Of a stretch of DNA of 64,000 bases, positions 26,346 to 36,400 are shown one piece after another. The translations under genes and the position numbers were made by a program. The notes under the pieces were generated by a model that did no database searches, was not told where the DNA came from, and saw nothing but the letters and a program-made list of their open reading frames with translations. How positions within the stretch are numbered: position 1 is the first letter of the stretch; each line of letters begins with the position of its first letter. Where the stretch lies: contig DASQPH010000033.1 of the NCBI GenBank assembly GCA_035644055.1, positions 3,308-67,307 on the forward strand, in the 5' to 3' direction. This DNA comes from Chthoniobacterales bacterium. GTDB lineage: Bacteria > Verrucomicrobiota > Verrucomicrobiia > Chthoniobacterales > UBA10450.

Positions 26346-28589
26346 TTACTTCGGCGGAACGGATGGAGCGGGAGCTTCGGCGGGAGCGGTCTTCGTCAGG
26401 CCGCGGCGCTTCAGGAGCGGGGTCACGTCGGGATCGGCGCCGGTGAAGTTGCGGAACAACTTCATGGCGTCGTCGCTGCCGCCGCGGGAAAGCAGGGTTT
26501 CGCGGAAATGATCGCCGTTCTCGCGCTTCAAACCGCCGTGCTGTTTCATCCACTCGACGCTGTCCGCATCGAGCACTTCACTCCAAAGATACGAGTAGTA
26601 GCCCGCTGAATAACCACCGGCGAACGCGTGCGAAAAATAAGTCGAGCGATAGCGCGGAGGCACCGGCGGATAATCGACGCCGGCTTTTTTCAGCGCTTCG
26701 GCTTCAAAGGCAAGCGTGTCGGTGGGAACCTGGTCGGGCGTCATTTGATGCCACGCCTGATCCAGGAGCGAGGCGGCGAGATATTCCGTCGTCTTGAAGC
26801 CCTGGTTGAATTGTTCCGCTGCCAGAACTTTATCGAGCAACTCCTGCGGCATCGGTGCGCCGGTCTTATAATGCTTCGCGTAATTCTTCAGAATCTCCGG
26901 CCAGGTCGCCCACATTTCATTGACCTGCGACGGATACTCGACGAAATCGCGCGGCACGCTGGTACCGCTGAAGCGCGGATATTTCACGTTCGAAAACATT
27001 CCGTGCAGCGCGTGACCGAATTCGTGAAACGCGGTGCGCACTTCGTCGAACGTCAACAGCGTCGGCTCGCCGGCGGGCGGTTTGGGAATGTTGAGATGAT
27101 TCGCGACGACCGGTTTCGTGCCGAGCAGTGCGTTCTGGCCGACGTACTGGTTCATCCACGCGCCGCCGCGTTTCGAGGGCCGCGCATAATAATCGCCGAT
27201 GAAAAGCGCGAGCGGTTTCCCGTCCTTATCGGTCACTTCCCAGATGCGGACTTCCGGCAAATAAGTCGGTAGATCTTTCCGTTCCTTGAAGCTGATGCCG
27301 TAGAGCTTGTTCGCGGCATAGAACACCCCGTCGACGATGACGTGGTTCAATTCGTAGTACGGCTTGAGCTGCGATTCGTCGAAAGCGTAGCGGGCCTTAC
27401 GAACTTTCTCGGAATAAAAATCCCAGTCGCAGGCCGCGAGTTGGAACCCGCCATTTTCCTTGTCGATGATCTGCTGGATGTCGGCGCCTTCCTTCTTGGC
27501 GTTCGCGACCGCGGCCGGCGCGAGATCGGAGAGCAGTTTGTTTACGGTGCCGACGTCTTTCGCTGTCTGATCTTCGAGTTGATACGCAGCGTGGTTCGCG
27601 TAGCCGAGTAACGTCGCCCGTTCCGCGCGAAGCTTTGCGGTGCGGCTCACGACTTCCTTGTTATCGAATTCGCCGCCGTGGCTGTTTCGCGCGAGCGACG
27701 TGGCCATGATCTTTTCGCGAAGGGCGCGGTTTTGAAGCGAGTCGAGCGCCGGCTGGCCGGTAGTGTTCAGCAATCGAATCACCCATTTGCCCTCCTTGCC
27801 TTCGTCCTTCGCGGCTGCCGCGGCGGCGGCGATCTGATTCTCGGCCATGCCGGCAAGGTCTTCCTTCTTGTCGACTACAATCGACGAAGCGTTCCTTTCC
27901 TTGAGCACGTCCTGCTCGAAATCGGTCGTCAGCTTGGCCAACTCCGCGTTGATCGCTTTCAGCCGCGTTTTTTGTTCGTCGTTCAGTTTCGCGCCGGCTC
28001 GAACAAAATCCTTGTAGTAACGCTCGAGGAGCCATTTCGATTCGGGGTCGAGATTGCTCGATTCCCGGGCGTTGTAGAGCGCTTCGATCCGGGCGAAGAG
28101 CGCGCTGTTAAGATGGATCGCGTCCGAGTGCGCGGAAAATTTCGGCGCCATTTCCTTGTCGAGCTTCTGCAGGTTCTCGTTCGTATTGCAGGCGTTCAGG
28201 TTTGAGAAAACGCGCCGCGCCCGGGCATAAAGCAGGCCCGATTTTTCCATGGCAACGATCGTGTTTTCGAAAGTCGGCTTCTCAGTCTGGTTTGCGATTG
28301 GTTCTACTTCCTTGATCTCCTCCGCCATGCCCTGCTCCAGCGCCGGTTGGAAATGCTCATCCTTGATCTTGTCGAACGGCGGGAAGTTGAACGGCAGTTT
28401 GCTCTCGGTGAGAAGTGGGTTGGCGGTGGCGGCGGTCACGTCTGTTTTTTTGCCGGTGTCTTTTGGCGATGACGATGGCGAGGGCTTGGCTGCTCGACAA
28501 GGCGTGATGATGGCGCAGCCGAGAAGGAGCGCGCTGACACAAGTGAAACGGAAGAGACCCGAAGCGGACGACGAATTCAGATTTTGCAT
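26346..28589 (-). CDS. dcp: M3 family peptidyl-dipeptidase (Dcp-like), exported
   Basis: 747 aa. Zinc motif FHEFGHALHG. Conserved FAGGYSAGYYSYLW. Leader with LLGCAIITPC (possible lipobox). Confidence 0.9.
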   Translation of the reverse strand: MQNLNSSSASGLFRFTCVSALLLGCAIITPCRAAKPSPSSSPKDTGKKTDVTAATANPLLTESKLPFNFPPFDKIKDEHFQPALEQGMAEEIKEVEPIANQTEKPTFENTIVAMEKSGLLYARARRVFSNLNACNTNENLQKLDKEMAPKFSAHSDAIHLNSALFARIEALYNARESSNLDPESKWLLERYYKDFVRAGAKLNDEQKTRLKAINAELAKLTTDFEQDVLKERNASSIVVDKKEDLAGMAENQIAAAAAAAKDEGKEGKWVIRLLNTTGQPALDSLQNRALREKIMATSLARNSHGGEFDNKEVVSRTAKLRAERATLLGYANHAAYQLEDQTAKDVGTVNKLLSDLAPAAVANAKKEGADIQQIIDKENGGFQLAACDWDFYSEKVRKARYAFDESQLKPYYELNHVIVDGVFYAANKLYGISFKERKDLPTYLPEVRIWEVTDKDGKPLALFIGDYYARPSKRGGAWMNQYVGQNALLGTKPVVANHLNIPKPPAGEPTLLTFDEVRTAFHEFGHALHGMFSNVKYPRFSGTSVPRDFVEYPSQVNEMWATWPEILKNYAKHYKTGAPMPQELLDKVLAAEQFNQGFKTTEYLAASLLDQAWHQMTPDQVPTDTLAFEAEALKKAGVDYPPVPPRYRSTYFSHAFAGGYSAGYYSYLWSEVLDADSVEWMKQHGGLKRENGDHFRETLLSRGGSDDAMKLFRNFTGADPDVTPLLKRRGLTKTAPAEAPAPSVPPK

Positions 28590-28750
28590 AGATTTTGAAC
28601 GGCGAGTTGGACAGTTCGCTTCGGGGCCGTGAAGCGGACCCGTTCATTTAAGCAATCGCGCCTCGAAGCGCAAGCGGCGGTTGGAACGCGGCCTGCTAAG
28701 CAAAATGCGCCCAAAACCCCACGTATCCATTGCCTTGTCCACCGCTTTGC

Positions 28751-30352
28751 ATGAAACAATCGCCGCCTTCGCCAAAATCATTCTCCGTCGTTGCGGATAA
28801 AGCAGCGGACCTGGCGCCGGGGGACGCGATCTTTCGCGAGCTCTTTGAGGGCGCGCCGATCGGCATGGCGCTGCTCGCGCTCGACGAGCGGTTCCTGCGC
28901 GTCAACGCGTCGTTCTGCAAAATGGTCGGTTATTCGAACGAAGAGCTGCGGCAGCGCACGGCCGAGGACATTACTTTCGCGGACGACATCGAGACCGGGC
29001 GCCAGCTCGCCCAGAGCTTGTTGAACGGAACGACCCGCTACACGGGCGACAAGCGTTACGTGCACAAGAATGGCGAAGTGCTTTGGGTCAGCCGCACCGC
29101 CAGCATTATCCGAAACGAGCAGGGCGAACCGAAACATTTCCTGCTCATGGTCGAAGACGTTTCCGTGCGGAAAGCCAGCGAGAAAGCCCTTCGGGAAGCG
29201 AAAGAAGAAGCCGACCGCGCGAACCGCGCCAAGAGCGATTTCCTCTCGCGGATGAGCCACGAACTGCGGACACCGCTCAACTCCATTCTCGGCTTCGGCC
29301 AGCTCCTCGATCGCCAGACGCCGTCGGAAATACAGCGGCCGCGCATTCGCTACATTCTCAGCGCCGGCCGGCATCTCTTGAACCTGATCAACGAAGTCCT
29401 GGACATCAGCCGGATTGAAGCGGGCACGTTACAGCTCTCGCTCGAACCGGTCTGCCTCGAGGAAGCAATCGCCGAAGTCCTTGATTTAATGCGGCCACTC
29501 GCCGCCGAACGAAGCATTACCCTGAACGCGAATTGTTCGCTGAATAGCAACACCTACGTTCTGGCGGACCGCCAACGCCTCAAACAGGTGCTGTTGAATT
29601 TCCTTTCCAACGCCGTCAAATACACCGCGGTCAAGGGCAGCGTGACGGTTTCCGTGGCCGAATCCGCCACCGACCTCAGGCGAATTTCAGTGCAGGACAC
29701 CGGCGCGGGCATTCCCGTCGAAAAACAGGCGCGTCTCTTTACTCCGTTCGACCGCCTCGGCGCGGAACAATCTGCGGTGGAAGGAACTGGACTGGGCCTC
29801 GCCCTTTGCCAGCGTTTGGTCCACGCCATGAACGGGTCGATCGGCGTCAACAGCAGCCTCGGAAGTGGCAGCACTTTCTGGCTGGACCTTCCGCAATCGA
29901 AATCACCGCTCCAAACTCTCACCGACGTGCGCGGCGAATCGGCGTCCGAAGCGCAGCTCGGCCAGGAATCCCGCCGCCTCCTTTATATTGAAGACAATTT
30001 CTCCAACGTGACCCTGGTCGACCAGATGCTGGGGGAACGCCCTGCGCTGGAACTAATGACAGCGATGCAGGGCCGGGTTGGTTTGGACCTGGCGCGCCAG
30101 CACACGCCTGATCTGATTTTGCTCGATCTGCATCTTCCCGATATGCCGGGCTGGCAGGTGCTCGCTCAACTCAAGGCCGATCATCTTACCCGCGAGATTC
30201 CGGTCGTTGTCATCAGTGCCGACGCCACCGCACCGCAGATTCAGCGTCTCATTTCCGCCGGCGCCCGCGCCTATCTAACGAAGCCACTCGACATTCCGGA
30301 ATTCTTCCGGGTGATCGACGAAGCACTGTGTTTCGCGGAAGCGGCGGCGTGA
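28751..30352 (+). CDS. Soluble hybrid sensor histidine kinase (PAS - HisKA - HATPase_c - receiver)
   Basis: The ORF track starts at TTG 28730; ATG is at 28751. PAS: FRELFEGAPIGMALL...YVHKNGEVLWV. H-box SHELRTPLNSILGF. G-box GTGLGLALC. REC: LYIEDN...DLILLDLHLPDMPG...KP. No TM segment is evident. Confidence 0.9.
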   Translation: MKQSPPSPKSFSVVADKAADLAPGDAIFRELFEGAPIGMALLALDERFLRVNASFCKMVGYSNEELRQRTAEDITFADDIETGRQLAQSLLNGTTRYTGDKRYVHKNGEVLWVSRTASIIRNEQGEPKHFLLMVEDVSVRKASEKALREAKEEADRANRAKSDFLSRMSHELRTPLNSILGFGQLLDRQTPSEIQRPRIRYILSAGRHLLNLINEVLDISRIEAGTLQLSLEPVCLEEAIAEVLDLMRPLAAERSITLNANCSLNSNTYVLADRQRLKQVLLNFLSNAVKYTAVKGSVTVSVAESATDLRRISVQDTGAGIPVEKQARLFTPFDRLGAEQSAVEGTGLGLALCQRLVHAMNGSIGVNSSLGSGSTFWLDLPQSKSPLQTLTDVRGESASEAQLGQESRRLLYIEDNFSNVTLVDQMLGERPALELMTAMQGRVGLDLARQHTPDLILLDLHLPDMPGWQVLAQLKADHLTREIPVVVISADATAPQIQRLISAGARAYLTKPLDIPEFFRVIDEALCFAEAAA

Positions 30353-30370
30353 GCCGTCGCCGTTACCAAT

Positions 30371-30437
30371 TTTCGCTGGGCGCAGACGATAAATTCTTGA
30401 CGCCATTCCCGCGCTTTCGGTAAAAGCGGGAGCGATT
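30371..30437 (+). promoter_or_regulatory. Conserved promoter-like block upstream of the 2533-aa gene (TTGACG-N18-TAAAAG)
   Basis: CGATAAAT at 30387-30394, TTGACG at 30397-30402, 18-nt spacer, TAAAAG at 30421-30426. Aligns with 38087-38151 upstream of the next giant gene. Confidence 0.5.
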
Positions 30438-30461
30438 AAGTCCTCCGTCCGCCATCGAGTT

Positions 30462-33400
30462 TTGGGCCGCACGCTCGTGCTTCTCAGCGCGGCATGGCTG
30501 TTCATTCCCGCGCCTCGCGTAAGCGGCGACACCTGCACCACGCCACCCGGCGGCATGGTGAGCTGGTGGCCGGGCGATGGCGATGCGACCGATATTCAAA
30601 GCGGCAACAATGGCACGCTGCAAGGCAGTGTCCCATTCGCACCCGGCGAAGTAGATCAGGCATTCAGCTTCAATGGCAATCCAGCGAATTATGTTTCGGT
30701 GCCAAACAGTGCGTCCCTCGAACTTACAACGTTCACCATCGATGCCTGGATATACCCAACCACCGATGCGCCGGTAGCTCAATGGATCCTTGATAAAGGG
30801 CCTTCCAGTGGGGACGCAAATTATGCGTTATCTCTCAGTAAATTTCCTGACGGCAATCACGCTGAAATTGATTTCGACGACGCAAGCATTGGTCATCAAT
30901 TCGTTGATTCGATCGGCCCGATTCCTCTGAACACCTGGACCCATGTTACCGGGACCTACGATGGCACGACACTAAAGCTTTATGTCAACGGCATCCTCGA
31001 CAACTCAGAGATGTTTAGTACCACACCGGCTACGACGGGTCAGCCAGTCACGATTGGACTGAGAGGTACTAGCCAGTATCCATTTAATGGTCTGATCGAT
31101 GAAGTAGAAGTGTTCGATCACGCCCTCACTGATGGGCAAGTTCTAACGATCTACAACGCGGGCAGCGCGGGCAAGTGTAAGCCGCCGCCAAGGGTCGTGA
31201 CGAAGACCGCCGATACTGATGACGGCGTGTGCGACTCCGACTGCTCGCTGCGTGAAGCAATCGCGGTAGCGCAGGCTGTTCCTGGCGCGGACACGATTAA
31301 TTTCAACATACCGACAAGCGATCCGGGCTATGACTCGGGCACGGGAGTTTATACGATCGTCGAGAACAGTTACCTTGCCATTCAAAGCGACGTTACAATC
31401 AACGGTCTCGGTGCGAATGTTCTGACGGTTAAGCGCGCTGATGGAGCGCCCAACCTGTCCGTCTTTATAATTTATCCCGGGACCGTCGTGTCGATCTCTG
31501 GCATGACCATCACCAACGGCAATTACGTCGGCGGTCTCGGCGGCGGAATCTACAACTTCGGCTCGACGACGGTCTCGAACTGCGTCATCACCGGCAATAG
31601 CGTCGGCAGCAGCGGTTATGGCGGTGGTATCTTCAATCACGCGGCAAACAGCAGCGATGCCAGCCTTACCCTGATCGAAAGCACGGTCAGCAACAACACC
31701 GCTATCTACGGCGGCGGCGTAGGCAACCTCGCCAATGATGGCAGGACGGCAACCCTGACAATCATCAGGAGCACGGTCAGCGGCAATACGACGCCCGGTG
31801 GTGGTGGCGGCGGCATCGTTAACATTATTAACAGCGGCAGCAATGGGACTTTGACCATCACTAACAGCACCGTCAGCGGGAATAGCTCTGAATACGGCGG
31901 AGGAATTTTTAGTGTCGGGGGCACGTCGATCTTCACCAATGTCACTGTGACCAACAACCGCGCCGACCTGGACAACGACGGCATCGGTGATGGGGGCGGT
32001 CTCTATAATGGCAGCGTCGGCGGCATCACGCTGGAAAACATAATAGTGGCGCTTAATTACAAAGGTGTCGGCTCTTCGGCGACCGCCGATGATATCTACG
32101 GCGGCACTCTTGAGGCCGCAAGCTCCTATAACCTGATCGGCACCGGTGGAGACGGGGGACTCGTTGACGGGGTGAACAACAACCACGTCGGCGTCGCTAA
32201 TCCCGGCCTCGGAGCGCTCCAAAACAACGGCGGGCCGACTCAAACACATGCCTTAATCGGAGGTAGTCTCGCGATTGACCAGGGCAACAGTTTCTCGCTC
32301 GCGACAGACCAGCGCGGGGCCGGCTTTAGTCGGCCCGTTGATCTCGACGACGCGACCTACCCGAACGCTTCGGACGCCGCGGACATCGGCGCGTTCGAAT
32401 TGCAAACGCTGCCTCCGTCGCCCCTGCCTAACGCGCCCGACCTGCAAGCCGCGAGCGACACGGGAGACAGCGACACCGATAACATTACGGAAGACAACAC
32501 ACCGACATTCGACATCACCGGTGTCACATCCGGCACACTCATCGAGCTGGTGCGTAATGGCGTGCCGGTCGCCAGTGGCATAGCAACCGGAACGACAATT
32601 ACTCTTACCGACAACGGCCCGGCTCCGGATGGCACCCATTCCTACACAGCGCGGCAGACGGTGAATGGCGCGACGAGCGCGGACTCGCCTGCGCTTTCTG
32701 TGATGATTGACGCGCCTCCATCGGTGACGATCAACCAGGCGTCAAGCCAGGCTGATCCAACTAATAGCTCGCCGATCAATTTCACGGTGGTCTTCTCCGA
32801 AAACGTCACCGGTTTCAGCAACGGCGACGTCACCCTGTCGGGCACGGCTGGCGCAACGACGGCAACAGTTACCGGATCAGGCGCGACTTATAACGTGGCG
32901 GTTCGTGGGATGACGGACAACGGGACCGTCGTCGTGAGCATCCCGGCAGGGGCAGCGGAGGACACGACCGGTCACCCGAACACCGCCTCGACGAGCACGG
33001 ACAACGCGGTGACGTTTTTCGGCAGCGTCTTCACCTCGCTCGAGGTCAACTCGACAGCCGACTCCGATGATGGGCAATGCACAACCGATCCTGGAGGTTG
33101 CACGCTCAGAGAAGCGATCAACGCGGCCAACGCCGATCCGGGGGTCGACACGATTACGTTCGCTTCGGGGCTGACCGGCACGATCACGCTGGATACCGCG
33201 CTTCCTCCCCTGTCCGATATGACGATCATCGGGCCGGGAGTGTCGCAGCTGACCGTGCGGAGAAATAGCACCGCGGCGACGCGCTTCCGCATTTTCACGA
33301 TCACGAATAGCGCGTTGGTCTCAATCTCTGGGATGACAATCTCAGATGGTTACACCGCAGACGGCCAGTCCGGCCCCTTCCCTACGTTAGGCGACAATGG

Positions 33401-36400
33401 CGGCGGCATCTTAAATGGGAGCGGTGCGACGCTCAACCTTACGAACGTGGTCATTAAGGGAAATCGTACCGGTAATGGCGGCAGCATTAGCACCGGCACT
33501 AACATCACCAGCGCCAACGGCGGCAGTGGCGGCGGGATCTTCAACGAAGGCGGTGCGGTCCTTAACCTAACGAACGTCATTGTGAGCGATAACGTCGCCG
33601 GCAACGGCGGCGATGCTGGCGACGCGGCAAGCGTCAATGTTCATAGCGGCCCAGGCGGCAGCGCCGGCGCCATCTTCAACGGCAGCGGGGCGGCCCTGAG
33701 CCTGACAAATGTGACGGTGACCAATAACACCGCTGGTAACGGCGGCAACGCCGCCGGTGGTAACGCGTTTGCCGGTGCTGGAGGCGACGGCGGCGGCATT
33801 CTCAATTCCGCCATGCTGACGACCTGCACCAACAGCACGTTTAGCGGGAACCGAGCCGGCAATGGCGGCAACGTCAGCGGCGGCACTAATGTCTTCGGCG
33901 GGAGGGGCGGTTTCGGCGGAGCCATCGCCGTCTTTTTCACCAGCGACCCGTCCAACCTAACGAGTGTGACCATAAGCGGTAACAGAGCCGGCAACGGCGG
34001 GACTGCTTCAGGCAGCAACGCCTTTCCTGGCGGCGGTGGCGTTGGAGGCGGGATCCTTGGCGGTGGCACCTTTACCATCACCAACAGTACGGTGACTAAT
34101 AACACCCCCGGCGCAGGCGGCAACGGCGGCGGCATATATAGCCCCGGCGGTACCGGCCCAATCTTGCGTAACACGATTGTCGCCGGGAACCACGCCGTCA
34201 GCGGCGGCATCGGTCCCGACCTCATCGGTCCTTTTGACTCACAAGGCTACAACCTAATCGGCAATAACTCTGGCGCTACGATCACGCCCAATACCGGCGA
34301 TCAAATCGGCACCTCAGGATCTCCTATTAACCCGCTTCTCGGCCCACTGGCCAATAACGGCGGTCCCACGCAAACCCACGCGCTTCTGCCGGCGAGTCCT
34401 GCCGTCGATAAAGGCGACAGCAGCGGCTCGGCGATAGACCAGCGCGGACAACCGCGGCCGTTTGACCTTTCCAACATAGCTAATGCTTCCGGCGATGGGA
34501 GCGACATCGGTGCCGTGGAAGACACAGCAGTGCAGTTCAGCGCGACCACAAATAGTGTGAACGAGAATGCCGGTAATGCCACCATCACTTTGCAGCGGCT
34601 AGGCAATCCAATCGGGCCGGTGACTGCGAAAGTCACTATCACCGACGTCACCGCCAGCTCGGCCGACTATGTTTTCGCGTCGGGTGTTCTCGATGCGGCG
34701 TTTAACGCGGGGGGCGCGGGAGCGAATAGTTCAGTGCTGGCGGTGGCGACACAACCCGACGGGAAGATTGTTATCGGTGGCACCTTCACTAGTTATAATG
34801 GGGATGTCGCCGCCAACGATTACATCATTCGGCTCAATACCGATGGCTCGCGCGACACCACCTTTAATTCCGGCGGCGCCGGAGCAGATGGGCAGGTCGT
34901 GGCGGTGGCGCTGCAACCTGATGGCAAGATCGTCATCGGCGGAAACTTCACCAAATACAACGGGGAGGCAGCCGCCAACGATTACATCATGCGGCTCAAT
35001 GCCGATGGCTCGCGTGACACCACCTTTAATCCCGGCGGCGCAGGAGCAAATGGTCAAGTAGCGGCGGTGGCGATACAGACCGACGGCAAGATTGTCATCG
35101 GTGGCTACTCGGCCAGCTACAATGGTAACACTGTGTCTAGCTACATCACGCGGCTTAACGCCGACGGAACCCCAGACGCGACCTTTAATCCAGGAAGCGC
35201 AGGAGCGGACAATTTTGTCTATACGGTGGCGATACAGACCGACGGAAAGATCCTTATCGGAGGCGAATTCACCAGTTACAACGGCGACTCCGCCGCCAGC
35301 GATTACGTTATGCGGCTTAACGTCGACGGAACACGCGATACCACCTTCAACTCCGGTGGCGCGGGACCAAATGGCTTCGTCGGGGCGACGGCGGTGCAAC
35401 CCGATGGAAAGATTGTCATCGGCGGGAACTTCACCAGCTACAACGGCACTGGAGCCGCGAACGATTACATCATGCGACTCAACGCCGACGGAAGTCGCGA
35501 CAACACCTTCAATGCGGGCGGCGTAGGAGCAGATGATGTAGTTGCCGGGGTGGCCGTGCAACCGGACGGAAAGATCGTTATGGGTGGCTACTTCACTGTT
35601 TACAACGGCGACCCAGATGCGAGCGATAATGTTATGCGGCTCAATTCTGACGGAACGCCTGACACTACCTTCAATGCGGGCGGGGCCGGAACCAATGCTA
35701 GTGTGAACGCGATAACGATGCAGGGCGACGGGAAAATCGTCGGCGGCGGCTATTTCACCAGTTACAATGGCAATACGGCAGCGAGCGATTACATTATACG
35801 GCTCGACAGCGACCTCTTTGTCACCTGGCCGGCCGGTGATGGCACGGACAAGACTATTCTGCTTCCGATCGTGAACGACATGCTGCATGAAGCAGACGAA
35901 ACTCTCACTCTCACGCTCGTTCCGCTCGTTGGGGCCGCAACCACCGGCGAGATTGCCCCTCAAACGCTGACCATCGTCGATAACGACAACACTGCGCCGG
36001 TCGCGACTAATCAAGCGGTCAGCACGAATGAAGACACGGCGAAGAATATCACACTAACAGGGTCAGATGCCGACAACGACCCGATCACCTTTTCGGTTGT
36101 TAGCAGTCCGAGCCATGGCGCCTTAAGCGGGACGGCCCCGAACCTTACTTACACGCCGGCCTCCGACTACAACGGCGCCGATAGCTTTACCTTTAAAGTC
36201 AATGACGGGCGAGTTGACTCGACCGCCGCTACCGTTTCGATCACGGTTAATGCGGTAAATGATCCCCCGACTGCTAATGCTCAGTCGGTCTCGACAAACG
36301 AAGATACGGCTAAGAGTATCACGTTGACCGGCAGCGACAAAGAAACGCCGTCTGGCAGCCTGACCTTTGCTATTACGGCGACGCCCGCTCACGGCATACT

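Noticed and set aside
34686-35813. Possible CRISPR array or other non-coding tandem repeat array, suggested by the ~160-nt periodicity here and the ~340-nt periodicity at 44854-51411
   Set aside because: The repeats are in frame within long ORFs and translate to delta-60 and Calx-beta protein repeats. They diverge mostly at synonymous sites. There are no short identical repeats separated by unique spacers and no cas genes.
31143-36014. Long minus-strand ORFs inside the 2533-aa gene (31143-32249 at 368 aa, 33641-34225 at 194 aa, 34731-36014 at 427 aa)
   Set aside because: They lie entirely antisense to a continuous, motif-rich + strand ORF. Their translations are Arg/Gly/Pro-rich low-complexity strings with no recognisable motifs. 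Long antisense ORFs are expected in GC-rich repetitive coding DNA.
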